From Kudoa neothunni (taxonomy: Eukaryota > Animalia > Cnidaria), in assembly GCA_964304625.1 (NCBI GenBank), contig OZ199838.1:7148035-7212034 (forward strand): a DNA stretch of 64,000 nt, given 5' to 3'. This document shows positions 41,633-54,407 of the stretch, piece by piece. The position numbers and the translations under genes are program-made. Each line of letters starts with the position of its first letter. Within the stretch, counting starts at the first letter, position 1. Below the pieces are notes generated by a model. That model was given only the letters and a program-made list of their open reading frames with translations, searched no databases and was not told the DNA's origin.

Positions 41633-43287
41633 ATGCTGGCAGAAGAAGAACCAACATTTCACAACTCGTTACACAATGAAGAAGTTTACTAGAGAAATCA
41701 ATTGTTGAATAATTATTTTTAGGAATCAATACTAGACATAGACATTCTACAAAATTACGGCATAGTAAATGATAGATCACTTTAATGAGACTGTGAAATG
41801 GAAAATTTAGAATGCAGCTGATCTAAAAAAACTAAAGACTTCCGGCATATGCACGATCAAGGTGACTGCTCTCCTACAGTTGGAATCCCTTATTTTAAAT
41901 ATAATTACAAGGGTGTTCAAATGACCACCAGGAAACGACTATCCACAATAAAAGGAATATCCGATGCGAAGATCGATAAAATAAAAGAAGCGCTAACAAA
42001 ATTGACGGTAATCGTTGCTAAAAAACCCTACATTATGAACGGCTAATAGTCTATCAATTTTTTGTCTGCATTGGAATATTGTCATGTACGCAAAAACGTA
42101 TTCAAAATATCAACAGGTTGTACTGAATTTGAGTAACCATGAGTTATATTGATCGCGTTAACGTTCGATATTTAGCAAATTGCTAGGCGGCGGTATTGAA
42201 AGCATGTCCATAACTGAAGCATTTGGTGGTAATTGTTATTGTCGATCATTCACACGAAGTTATGGTGTTTGTAGAGTTTAGAACAGGAAAAACTCAAATA
42301 TCTCACACATTATGCGGTAATCTTGTACACATCTTACTTTGACAGACATAATACTAACTATGTATTTACTAATGATGCGTAAAGTTTCCGCACAATTGCA
42401 ATCATTTGAAGAGACCAACAACTACGGAAAAGTTATTTTTATCGATACTGAAAACACATTCCGACCAGACAGATTAAGACCAATAGCCAGACGCTTCGAT
42501 ATCGATGAAAATATCGCTTTGGATAACGTTCTCTACTGCCGAGCATATACAAGTTTGATTTAATCTTATGAGAACAAGTTTGTTATGCAGTTAAACTCAA
42601 ACTGTATATAGCTGATCATCAATTTGAAATAATTGACTGTGTGGCCGCAAAATGTTATGAAGGGTCGGGAATTTTTAAGCTTTTAGTATAATGGTTTCGC
42701 TCTCTAATGCTTAAATTGGTTGGCTTTGTTTAAGGTGGTGGATTCAATAATGGCATTGTTTCGAGTGGATTACAGTGGGAGAGGAGAACTGTCCGAGAGA
42801 CAACAACGGCTAGGTCAAATGATGTCGAAACTGCAAAAACTTTCCGAAGGTTGAACAAATTTGTACTTTTTTATTTTATATATTGGACGAGAGTATAGAA
42901 TACAATATTGCTGTTTTCATTACCAACCAAGTAAACCGCTGTCACTAATCATTTGACATATCATTGTAGATGACTTCCGATCCTGGCGCTACTATGTCGT
43001 ATCTTTGCTTCTACCTCTACTTCCCTTTCAAATGATTGTTAAATTTCACTTGTAGGTTTCAAGCTGACCCAAAAAAGCCAATAGGCGGAAATATACTTGC
43101 ACATGCTTCGACTACTCGAATTAGTTTAAGAAAAGGACGCGGCGATAATCGAATTGCAAAACTATATGACAGGTAATCCACCCAATTTTCTATCGATTTT
43201 GACAAATAATCGTCTAGTCCCGATCTTCCAGAATCGGAAATCACTTTTACAGTGTCCGCTGGAGGAATCACAGATGCTGTAGAATAG
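41633..43287 (+). CDS. DMC1: Meiotic recombinase DMC1, 14 exons
   Basis: Phase-consistent ORF: [10 protein letters not shown]|[17 protein letters not shown]|[24 protein letters not shown]|[14 protein letters not shown] (Walker A)..[38 protein letters not shown]|[11 protein letters not shown]. Residues are DMC1-type rather than RAD51-type. Confidence 0.97.
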
Positions 43288-46200
43288 CCAAGAGCCAATA
43301 TGGTTCTTGCTTTTCAATTTATTGATCTCCTTAACTCAAAGAACAACATAATCTTGATATTATATAATCAGCTCAATAATAAGTTCCACAGAATAAAATA
43401 TTTTATCTTGCTAGAATTAACTAAGACGAGATGTAGGAGTGAGAGGTTAGGATTTGTGCGCGATATGAGAAATGTAGTGTTTTATCGTTGTGAAATATTC
43501 GAACGTAGTTTACATGTTTGTTAATATCTTTTATTTCTTCATGCTACAATAAGTTTTGTAATTTAACTTGTCGTGTGGGGTGTTTTAAGCCACAACAAAT
43601 TTATCACTGAAAATGGACCTTGACTTTTTGGGGGTTTGGAACTATTTAGAAGTTTGTTGAGCGTTATTGTTCAAAACTTAAAGATATTTCTTGCTTAATT
43701 TTTGAAGGAAGTTTAATATTTTGTGACTTTGGCGTTCCGAAATTTAATTTATAATTTTGATTGTTATACGACATTATAATGAATCTGTATAAATTCGTGA
43801 AGGTGAACGATATTAATTAAAAGTTAAAATGTTTAAAATAATGCATATTTAAACGTGTATTTTATTTCAAATAATTTTCGACTTTTAATAAATATAAGTA
43901 ACTAAGTATTTTTATCAATAATTAAAACTTAATAAGTGGATCGTTTAAAATCATATAATTTTATAATTTTTATATAAAAATAGTTGTTTGGCAAGGTTTA
44001 GGTTGTCTGTTAAATGGATTAATTTAATGAATATTTCTTAGCTGATTAAGATATTGTTGAAAGTTGAATCATAACTGCTGGCGTTGATTTTATAAACTAA
44101 ATTTTGTCGACGAACGAGGTATAAGTCAAGTGGCTGTCAGTGAATAATATTCTCTCTTTTTGTACACTAACGTCAAAAAATAAAGAATTAAGTATACTTA
44201 TTAAGAGTGTTTATTTTCTTTAAAGTTAGACAAAACAAACTTGCATAGTGAGTATAAGTAAATTTTTGTTGACTGAAATTCATCTAAGGAGAATAAAAAT
44301 AGTAAAATTATTCATCAATGTATTAGAGCCAGTTTTTTTAAAAAAATTATAGAAGAGTCTCTATGTCCACTGCATTTCAATAATTTATGCATAAAATTGC
44401 TATCGCCAGTTCAAATTATACAATGATTTAACATATAACAATAACTTTTAGATACTTAAAATTGTTATGATTACGCGAAAGAGGGGCCGATATAGTAAGT
44501 AATAGAATAGCGCTACCGTAAGTAATTATAGTTCGTATTAGAAATAGCAGTTGTAGGCTAAGTGACCGAATTGTTTCCTGTCCTTTGATGTAGACTATCC
44601 GGTATTAGACGGCAGAATTACGAATCCCTAAGCTTAGTGGGATCAGAACAAAAATATTATTGTAAATGGGTACCGACAGCCTCTTTTTATCGGATCGATA
44701 ACTATTAACTTAATTGGGATCTTAAAAAATGAACGCTCCTTAGAAATTTACATGACTATAATCGCTCGTGTTCGATTATTCCAATGCAATGTTTTAAACT
44801 TTGAATCAATAGCCGAATTTCAGGAGTCAGGAAAAAGTTTTGTATGAGAATTAATTAAAGTTACTAATCAACTTAGATTTTTAGTGAAATAAAAATACGT
44901 TTAATTTAACAAATTTTTTCGTTACTAATTCTTTGTTTACTGGTAATTTTTTGTGTTTCTTCGCTAGCATCTTTTTTATCATACGTGCCATAAGCATAGG
45001 GAAATTTAAAATAAAATATAATAGAATGGGATGTAATATTTACTGAAGTAGAATATAGATTTATTAATCGGTGTATGAAGCATCATTATAAGAAATTATA
45101 AAATCACTAATAAATATTTTTGCGAATACTGATTAAAAATTATGACTATTTTTATTTTTTGAATTCAAACTATTATATGAATAATTTAAAGTAAATAAAT
45201 TTGATATAATTATATAACAAAAAAAAGGATTATAAATCATTTTAACTCATAAAATTTATTAAGTTAGACTTACAAAATAATTTTTGAAAGTAACCTCATT
45301 AATCTGATTTTAACATGATTTACTAATTGAAAGGCTAGTTTTGAAAGGTAAATATCATTAAAAATTGTTCATCTGAAAATATCGATTCATCTTAAGTACT
45401 AAATATTTGTTTCTATAATTATTTTATTATACAAAATTTTTTGATTTGTAATTTTCAACCATTTATTATATTTCATTTGCCAAGTTTATGATAAATACAG
45501 ATGCCATTTTTATTTTATTCATTTGTTCTCCATTCAAAAGCAGCATAGGATAAGCAGAGTAAAAATTGTATTTTTATTCGAAACTCAATATTAGATTCGT
45601 ATTTGTTAAATACATCTATTTAAATTTTTTTATTAAAATTATTTGAGTAATATTTAAAGTATAGAGAAAATTTTACTAAAATAATACAGCTTAATATCTA
45701 ATTTTTTAAACTTACTTTCGTTTGTAATGTTGTCAAGGAATATAAATTTTTCATATAGATAAGTAGAAATATAAAATATTAGACATTTTTTCGTTAAGGT
45801 TTACCAAGCTATAGATGTCATTCCTGATCCATTATAAATTAATGACGAATCCTCCATTTCAATTAATTCAATACCATATAACCTACCCAGAATTAAAAAT
45901 GAGCCCATTGATATTGAAAACCCGGCTTAGATTGTTAATGTTTGGGTTTCATAGTTATCTTATCCGGTAAGATTTTCATTGACTAAAGCTCAATAACAAC
46001 TGTTCTGTTGTCTATAATTATTTTGCAAGGATTTTAATCAATCAATACATTTGGTATGGTAAAATATTGTGTATCCTATGAATAACAATAGATTTAATTA
46101 AACCTAATTCATTCAATAAGCTGCTTACGTTTTTCACCGTAGACTATATGGTCAAGCATTGTGGTGCGATTATGTATCCAGAGGACATATTTTGGTTTGA

Positions 46201-47278
46201 AATTAATTATAATATATCAAATTTATACTAAAATAAAACTTTATACTATTATTTAATTAAAATCATACAAGATTAAGATCTTTAATATAGTAGATTAATA
46301 TATAGAGTATGTTCAATGGAATAGCAGATAGGGAGTTCACGTATTTTTAGCATTTACAATATTGTCACTTGAGTATTAAATAGCCTGAAGAGTAGATTAT
46401 AAGGTGCTATATATACAACAATAACCTGTCCCTTTATTTTCATTCTACATGATAAATTATAAATTACAGGAATAAAATTAGTATATAACATCACATTAGT
46501 TTTATTCAGGTATTGAGATTAATTGATATGAATGAAGTTAGCCTAATACAAAGGATTATCGATTAATTGCGAAAACCTAACTCAATAAGATCATGAAATA
46601 AATCAACACAAGGTACCATAATAATGTTACAAAGATATCATTGATGCATATAAAGCGGCACCAGATATTAAAGTAAAGATTTATTGCTATTGTTTTCCCA
46701 CATGTAACATCTGAAAAGATATTTCTACATTTAATTTAATAAAAGGAGACCTGAGATTGGTAAAATACTAAAATTACAATTATCTAAAATAACCGATTTC
46801 TAATTCAATGCTACGAAAATAAGATCTGTATACAATAATAGAAATTAATACTATACATGTTGAAGCGTTATTGATCACTAATGATAATCTGTTTGCTCTG
46901 GTGTTTGTAAGTGAATTAGATAAATGTTTGACATAATAGTTAAGTATTTCAGTTGTTTCTAACCAACTGCTTGTAGTATTTGTTGTTTGAGCTGAAAAAA
47001 GATTGAAAAACTGGTTGTTAAAATTATTTTGTACTGGGAAGCCTAGTAAACAACGTAAAGTTAATGGACTTAACATTTTGCGCTCCGTGCAACCGAGAAA
47101 TTCATAACATCCATTCTGAAATCAAGATCGGCACTATCTAGTGAGGTAAAAATAGTATTTCCCAAACGTCATGGAAATACTTGTTTGTGACTAATCGGTT
47201 TAGTGGATTATTCATCAGTTGACTCTCGATAGCACATTTCGTTGAATCCTTTTACGAGGTTAAAATAAAAAATTTAAG

Positions 47279-49948
47279 ATGTATTCTATATTCCTGAACA
47301 TTATTTGGACAACCACTCTAATAATAATGGGATCTGCTGCTGCTCAAAGTAACTATCTAGATATACTTATAGGGATGTATTCATCCCCATAATCATGTTG
47401 TGGAGTGGCATGTGATTACTTATTTTATAAATCATTAGATATTTATTTAAAAAATAACCATTTGAGCGAAAATCTAATAAAAGAATGATTTCCGCTCAAT
47501 TTCTCTTGTAGAATAATCTATAAATTCATTCCTTTTAAATTTTTTCATTTGTGAATATTAAATAATGTGAAATTGGAATTAGATGCTCTGTCCTTTGACA
47601 AAGCAATTGAAAATCAATCATACTCTACTGTGCTTGGAGGCGCACTGAATATTGGCTGGAATTTCAACGTGAACGTTAATTCTCAAATTAATTATATGGA
47701 ACTTTATCTCTCCAAAGAATCCCATAATATTCGTATTGCCAATATAATAGTTGGAGATAGAATTCATGTTACTCCTGAGATTAACTCCTACATAACAAAC
47801 GTTACCTTTACGTCGATATCATTCAAACAAGTGCCCCTATCGTTTGATCAATCCACAATACATATCAAAGTATATTTTAACGACGCTATCGATTCGAAAC
47901 ATTACCGGCAAGATTATTATTCCTCAGAGATGAATGTTTTTGGTAATTTTATTTTTGTACAATACAACTTATTAAATAATACCCATAAACATTTTGATGT
48001 ATTTTTATAAATATTAAATGTTGAAGAGTATTCGACTGAGTTAGTCTGTTGTCCTTGTTTGCGATTAAATATTACATTAAAAAAATAAGATGTCTATTGA
48101 GCTCACAACAATGAAATTCTAACGATAATAGTCTTGGTTATAGTTACTTAGTTTTCAATCTGATAGTAATGATAGCTGATGTAAAATAATTAATCAAATA
48201 TTAATTAACGATGAATATTTATGCTGTTTACACATAATATTGATATTAACTTTTGATGTTCAAATATGGTACGTTCTACTTGGCTTAAAGTTGTAGGACC
48301 AAAAGTCATATTAATAAAAGTTGTTGTTATAAATATGAATTAACAATTCAATTCTAGTTGAACCTTACGGCAAATGTGAGCATTTAAACCCAAAATTGTT
48401 CACAACCAATCAAATAAAATGTGTAGTCATCTCAAAACCAGCAGCTACTATGAGTGTTTTATTCGAACAAGCACCCATTAGCTATAAAATAAATGAAATA
48501 AGACAAAAAACCAACTTGAATTACACCAACGAGACCACTTTTTTTATTAGTTTTGTGGCCAAATTGGAACAACATGAAACCAACGCAATAATTTCATTTG
48601 CCAACAACCAAATAACGCAGTTAAATTTGAATGTTCAATTGAAAATTAATGGTACATATTTTTCTCTGTTTAAAATAACAAAATATAATCAATATATCAA
48701 AACTTTAGAAAAACCTAGATTCGAATGTTCAAATCCCACAGAGTACGATGGAAAAATAACTATCCACTGCCACTGTTACAATAGTTTGGCAAACAAATAC
48801 TCAATGAAATTCACAATTAATAATATCGATGAAAATTCAAAAGACCTAACCAACTATTGGAATGTTCAAACACAGAAAATGAATCAATATGAAGAAATGA
48901 GCACTTTCACCATCGATAAAGGCTGGCTATTACAAACTCCAACCGTCACAGTTGAAGTAAAATCTAAACGCATCAAAACTTCTAAGGCTCTAAGTGTGAT
49001 ATTCTCAAAAACATGTAATCATTTGTTTGTGAACGGTGGCCATTTGACTAGATGAATTATTATTAACAGCATTACCGATGGGGATAAATTTTTACTTTAT
49101 GGATCGAATCACTCGTAAAAAGTCTGATTTCAATTGCGCAAATCTTAAAAATGGGATCATTCCAATATGCACATCTATTTCTGACAAGGATGGAAAATTC
49201 ACTTATCGCATTTACAATCCCTCGTCGATACGTCATCCACCAAATGAACCAATTGTTATTGATAGCATTGACAATCGTCAGTTTGGTATGTGGAGCTGCA
49301 AAATAAGTAACTCTAATGGCATGGTTATGGTTAGCACACCATTTACTATCGATGGTAACTATTCTATTGAGTGGTAGGATTTAGTTGAGACTATGTTGGC
49401 ATTTAGACGTACCGTGTTCGTCCAAATTGACTGTTCATGGTACCAACGAACACATAGAGAATGTTTCAGGTGATATCTACAGAGTGCACAAAAAGGAATT
49501 TATACTTCGATGCAACTATATTGGATTTCCTGAACCAACCTACTATCATTTTGAAGATATGTTTCATCCACACCGAAGTTTCAGTAGTATCACTAATGAG
49601 GTTGAGGTTACCGACCAACCTAACGGCAATTACAGCTATTGGACTTGCACTGTGTTTAATAGGCGTGGTAGTAAACAGAGTGTCACCACTGCAGTTTTCT
49701 ATGAAGGTAATATGAGATAAAATTGTGTGAGTTTCTCATTGTTTTCCAGCTTACAATACTCATAAACCTCGCTTATGGATGGCTCTAGTATCAATGACCC
49801 CAATTTCAGTATTCTTATTAATTTTTCTCATACTGATAATTTACATCACGGCTATGGGTATTTATAATCTATTGTGTGATATGAACAGGGAATATTTGTT
49901 GTATTTTTAGAAAAAAGAAACCCAACAAAAGATTATCATAGAATATGA
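47279..49948 (+). CDS. Type I membrane Ig-superfamily-like protein A (signal peptide, 5 extracellular domains, TM, short tail), 8 exons
   Basis: Signal exon MYSIFLNIIWTTTLIIMGSAAAQ; five roughly 100-120 aa exons joined by phase-1 introns; WSCKISN and WTCTVFN F-strand motifs; CNYIGFPEP; TM LWMALVSMTPISVFLLIFLILIIYITAM; tail EKRNPTKDYHRI. Confidence 0.82.
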
Positions 49949-50911
49949 CTTTTCTATTTCTCTGTAAATCTGTATATAATTGATTATACGGCAGAAAATT
50001 AATAAAAAACTAAAAATAACCAAATAAGTTAAAAAATCTCCCTAAAAACCAAATCTTCATTTTCAGTTCATTTGTGTGTTTTTTGCATACGCGATATAAC
50101 ACTAATATTCTACTATAAGGATTGCCAACATTGCAAATAAAAATAACGATTCAGTAGAAAATAATGTAGGGGGTTAATATTTTCAAGCGTTCATAACTCA
50201 TTTACGTTTATTTTTACGTACCTAAAGTAAAACAGAGTTAATATTGATAACGTCATATAGTTTACAAGAACCTATAAAAATTATTTATAATTTTTTTTAG
50301 TGGGTCACCAATTATGCATGCTTCATATTACTTAAAAATTATTAGTTTCTGCGTATTTTTCAAATAATAGACATTAAGATCCGATATTAACAAAATTTTA
50401 AACCATAAGTTATTTTCATATTAACCTCTATGTGATATCCTCCTGCTAGGAAGAGCATATGTCACTTTCTAGCTTTCATGATCCCTCAGAAATAACGCAT
50501 ATAGCATTATAAATATTTATCATAATTTTGATAATATTTCGGTACATATAATCAACGTAAGATTATTAATTCGAGAAAATAGATTATATTTATAATAATT
50601 ATTTTGGCCAGGAAATGCAAAAATAAGGACAGAAAATTGTTTTAATATCTAGATTCTATTATAAAATATAAACTCAATCGTAAATGTTAGAAATTATTTG
50701 AAATCATCAGATAGTTCAAGATTGCAGCAAGCCTAATTTCATCCTTATTGTAAAAAATTAAATTTTCATAAGGACACATATTTTACAAATAAATATTTTA
50801 AAGGCAATTATCACATATCGTAAAACAATACTTAAGGAAATAAAATATATAACTTCCAAATTTCACAGACTAAAAGAGTAAACAGTCATTGATCACAAGT
50901 CATTTATTAAA

Positions 50912-53359
50912 GGAACTGGCTATTGCTATGAATCCGTATAATCCGCATGCGGGGGTTGCCTATTGCTGCGGGGTAAAATAACTCCAAATCTACGAACCCA
51001 GTTAAAATTTGAAATTCACATTTGTAGTTAATGATTTTTGACCTAATATAATTAACACTTTTAAAGAAAAATACAACAATATTGTAAGGAGTTTTGGGTT
51101 AAAAAATAGGTTTAGTTCACCTTATTAACGCTTAATAAAATTAATATGCAAAATTGTTTGCGTAAAATTAGCAAATAAGGAGAATACTCAAATGAAATAA
51201 ACCATTTTGACTTCTTTTATTATAAGCGTGCGCCAAACAACGTTTTTAATTTTGTGGAAACTGCTCGCTTATTTTAAATGGGAGGCATAGTCGTATAATT
51301 TGAAAATTTAAAACAGTAAGGAAGTAAATTATTAGTTTATGAAAATTCTTAAGCTCATGAGTTAGAAATATGGTATTCGACTGATTATGATACAATTTTT
51401 GTTCTCAAATAAAATTTTTTTGTAATAAGCGGTTAATATTTTAAATAGATAGTATATTGGTTTTTTTCTAGAAAACGCAATGACTGTTAGCCTAGGTTCT
51501 TTAGGTCGTCCGATTGCTTTCACTTTCGGTGGGAATGATAACTCTAACTAATATTTGTTTACATTTTAATGATTTTATTTAGAGTATCAATTATTATTTT
51601 GTGCTAACTTCCTTTGAAGTATTTGTATTACACGAAGTTTACAGGTAAAAAATGGGTATTTGAAGAGACAATTCTCGAAAATTCCTTTACTTTATGTTCT
51701 CAGCAGTAACAACGGTACATAATTTTTTATTAAAAATAGGGAAGCATTCCAAAATTTGTTTCAAGAAGTCATCAATATCTGCATGAATATTTTCATACAA
51801 AATGTATGCATAATTTATGAGAAATTCTCAAATAGGATCACTGGCAGCAGTTTAATACAAGGGTGTACTAATAAGAATAAAAATTGTGGAATTTATACAA
51901 AATATTCGAATTTACGATCACCGCGATTTAAAAGTTTATTTATTGCTTCCATTAGCACAAATTTTCAACAAAATTGAAGAGTTAGTCGCATTAGGTGATC
52001 AACTAAAAATAATCAAATAACAACATTATTGTCATTTTTTTATAATTTTAACATTACAAGTAAAATTGTTAATTAACACATTGATAGTTGTAAATATATC
52101 TATGTTGAATATTCCTCTTGTTTTCACATTGTGTGGGGATTTCACTGTGATATTTTTACTCGTTTCATAGCATAACATTTTTTGTATACGCTTTTTATTA
52201 GATCCAAATTATATTCATTCAAAAAGATAGTTATCTGAGAGATCGACTTTTTGTTGATGAGGTAGAAATTTGTATATCAAAGCATTACAAAGATGATTAT
52301 GTATCTCATTTAAGAATGTGATTATGAAACATTTTCCATATAATTACTAACTCAAAAAGTAACGCTAGAGAGGCAGTTACCTCAATATGTTGACGATTTT
52401 TGTTACCTTTAAGCTTTCTTTTTTATAGAGTCAAAAAGAATACAAACATTATTTTGTAGTAAATTAAAACTTCATTAAAATATTTTAGAATTTTAGATTG
52501 GGAATTTTGTATTTTTCTCAATTCCCCCATTTTTAATTTGCAGGAAAAAGGATGTTCACAACGATTAATATGACTTTTTATTGAGTTATATAAGTCAACT
52601 TTCAATCCAGGAGAGGATTCCATCGTACAAGTGACGATACAGTGAAAATTTAGATTCCCACACAGGTTACAGTAATCATAAATACAAAACGTGTTTCCTT
52701 CTATCGTGGACATTAATTTCAGATAACGCATTAGAGTAAAATTTGAGTTTTTTTAATTTTTATGTAATCAAAATTAATAATTTATCTATATTTGTAGCAA
52801 TAACATTTAAGAAGATAGAATTATGCTCACCGCTATTTAAATGCAAACAGTAAGTTTTTATATTGATTTTAACTATAAAATTTAACATTACTTTAAATAT
52901 ATTTACTTTAAAGCTTTACTAAATTCACTACATAGAATGCTCTAATCGTTTCCTATGAATAGCGGTAATACTTAATATACTTTGTAGATATGTAATAATA
53001 GAGATATAAATATAATACATATATATTATGCAATTATTTCATTTTATAAAAATATAGTTAAACATATTTTAACAGATTACATTGTCTGGTATTTGGTTTT
53101 TTAGTTAACGAAATCTTTATTAATAAAAAATCAAAATATTTATTTAACATTACTTATAAAAGCATAAAACGCGAAATTTATAGTCACAAGATTAGAAATT
53201 TCAATAGCTCATATTTTCTCCAAACCAGTTAATAGTGTTGTGCCAAAAATCATTAATTTAAAACTTTAGCTGGGTTCTTAGATGTGGAGTTATTCCTTCC
53301 CGTAGCGATAGGCAATCCCCGCATGCGGATTATACGGATCCATAGCAATAGCCATTGCC
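50912..53359 (-). mobile_element. Decayed Mutator-like element with about 100-bp TIRs and perfect 9-bp TSD
   Basis: TIRs about 50912-51016 and 53255-53359. TTTATTAAA at 50903-50911 and 53360-53368. Minus-strand remnants of a SWIM finger (CQ*SYLRISHKLCIH) and PPKVKAIGRPK. Confidence 0.9.
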
Positions 53360-54407
53360 TTTATTAAATGATTGATACATACAATTTTTACGCTTAGATC
53401 CTGTCAAATACAATATTGACTTGTTGAAATTTTTTTAATTTAAAAAATAACACATGAAAATATTTTTGAAGAACCTTTTAGATATAGTTAATTTATCTTT
53501 TCTTTAATTTACTTATTAAGATTTTTGTCGTATACAAAATTCAACAATCAATACGCTTTGTCTCTCTACATTCTTTTATTCATTCCATACTTCAGAAAAT
53601 CCTTTGAACGAATTTTACAAATATTTACATTTGTCTATATTGAAAAAGACAAAATACAAAAGTGCTTGAAGTATATGGAATTTTGAATGGTAGCTTTTAC
53701 GTGCGGTTTTAATGTCAGGATAATACGTGCAGTTTTTTATACTTATGATCTATTTTAGTAATAACAAATGTAATACTATTAATAAAAGTATAAATTCATT
53801 TATTTTATTAACGTTGTTTTACTAAAATAAAACAAACAATTCACGTTGAATACAGAATATTAAATAAAATCTAAGTAAAAGTGATTGTGTAAATCATAAC
53901 ACAAAAATAATTCTACATGTGCAATCTTAAAGGTATTTATAATAGATTTATTCAAAGCTATAAAGCCGAACCAATAATATTGATAATATAAATATCAGTA
54001 TTATTTATATTTAATTTATGAATGAGTTATTTAATAAATTTGTTAAATGAGAAAATGGTATAATAATTAAGAACATATTCTTAATACATTAACTAAAGTG
54101 GAATCGTTTTATTTTTTTAACCTCATTTTTTAATTAAACATTAAAATATTTATAAAAAATGAAAAAATATTTTGTCAATTTTATATGATCTCGTAAATCA
54201 AATGTTATTAAACAATTTTTTTAAATATCATTAAAAATCCATTTTAAATAACGTTTAGGCTAATGAATAAATATACAATTTTAGGCAGGATCCTAGAATG
54301 ATAATTTATTTTTACAAAATTTCCTGGTTAATTTTTAATCTTGATAACGTATACATCTAGGTACATTCAAAGTTGTAATTAATTTGTTTGGTGTTAATAT
54401 ATTGGTG

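Noticed and set aside
41633-43287. Alternative genetic code or non-canonical splice sites
   Set aside because: All conserved genes translate with the standard code using GT-AG introns only.
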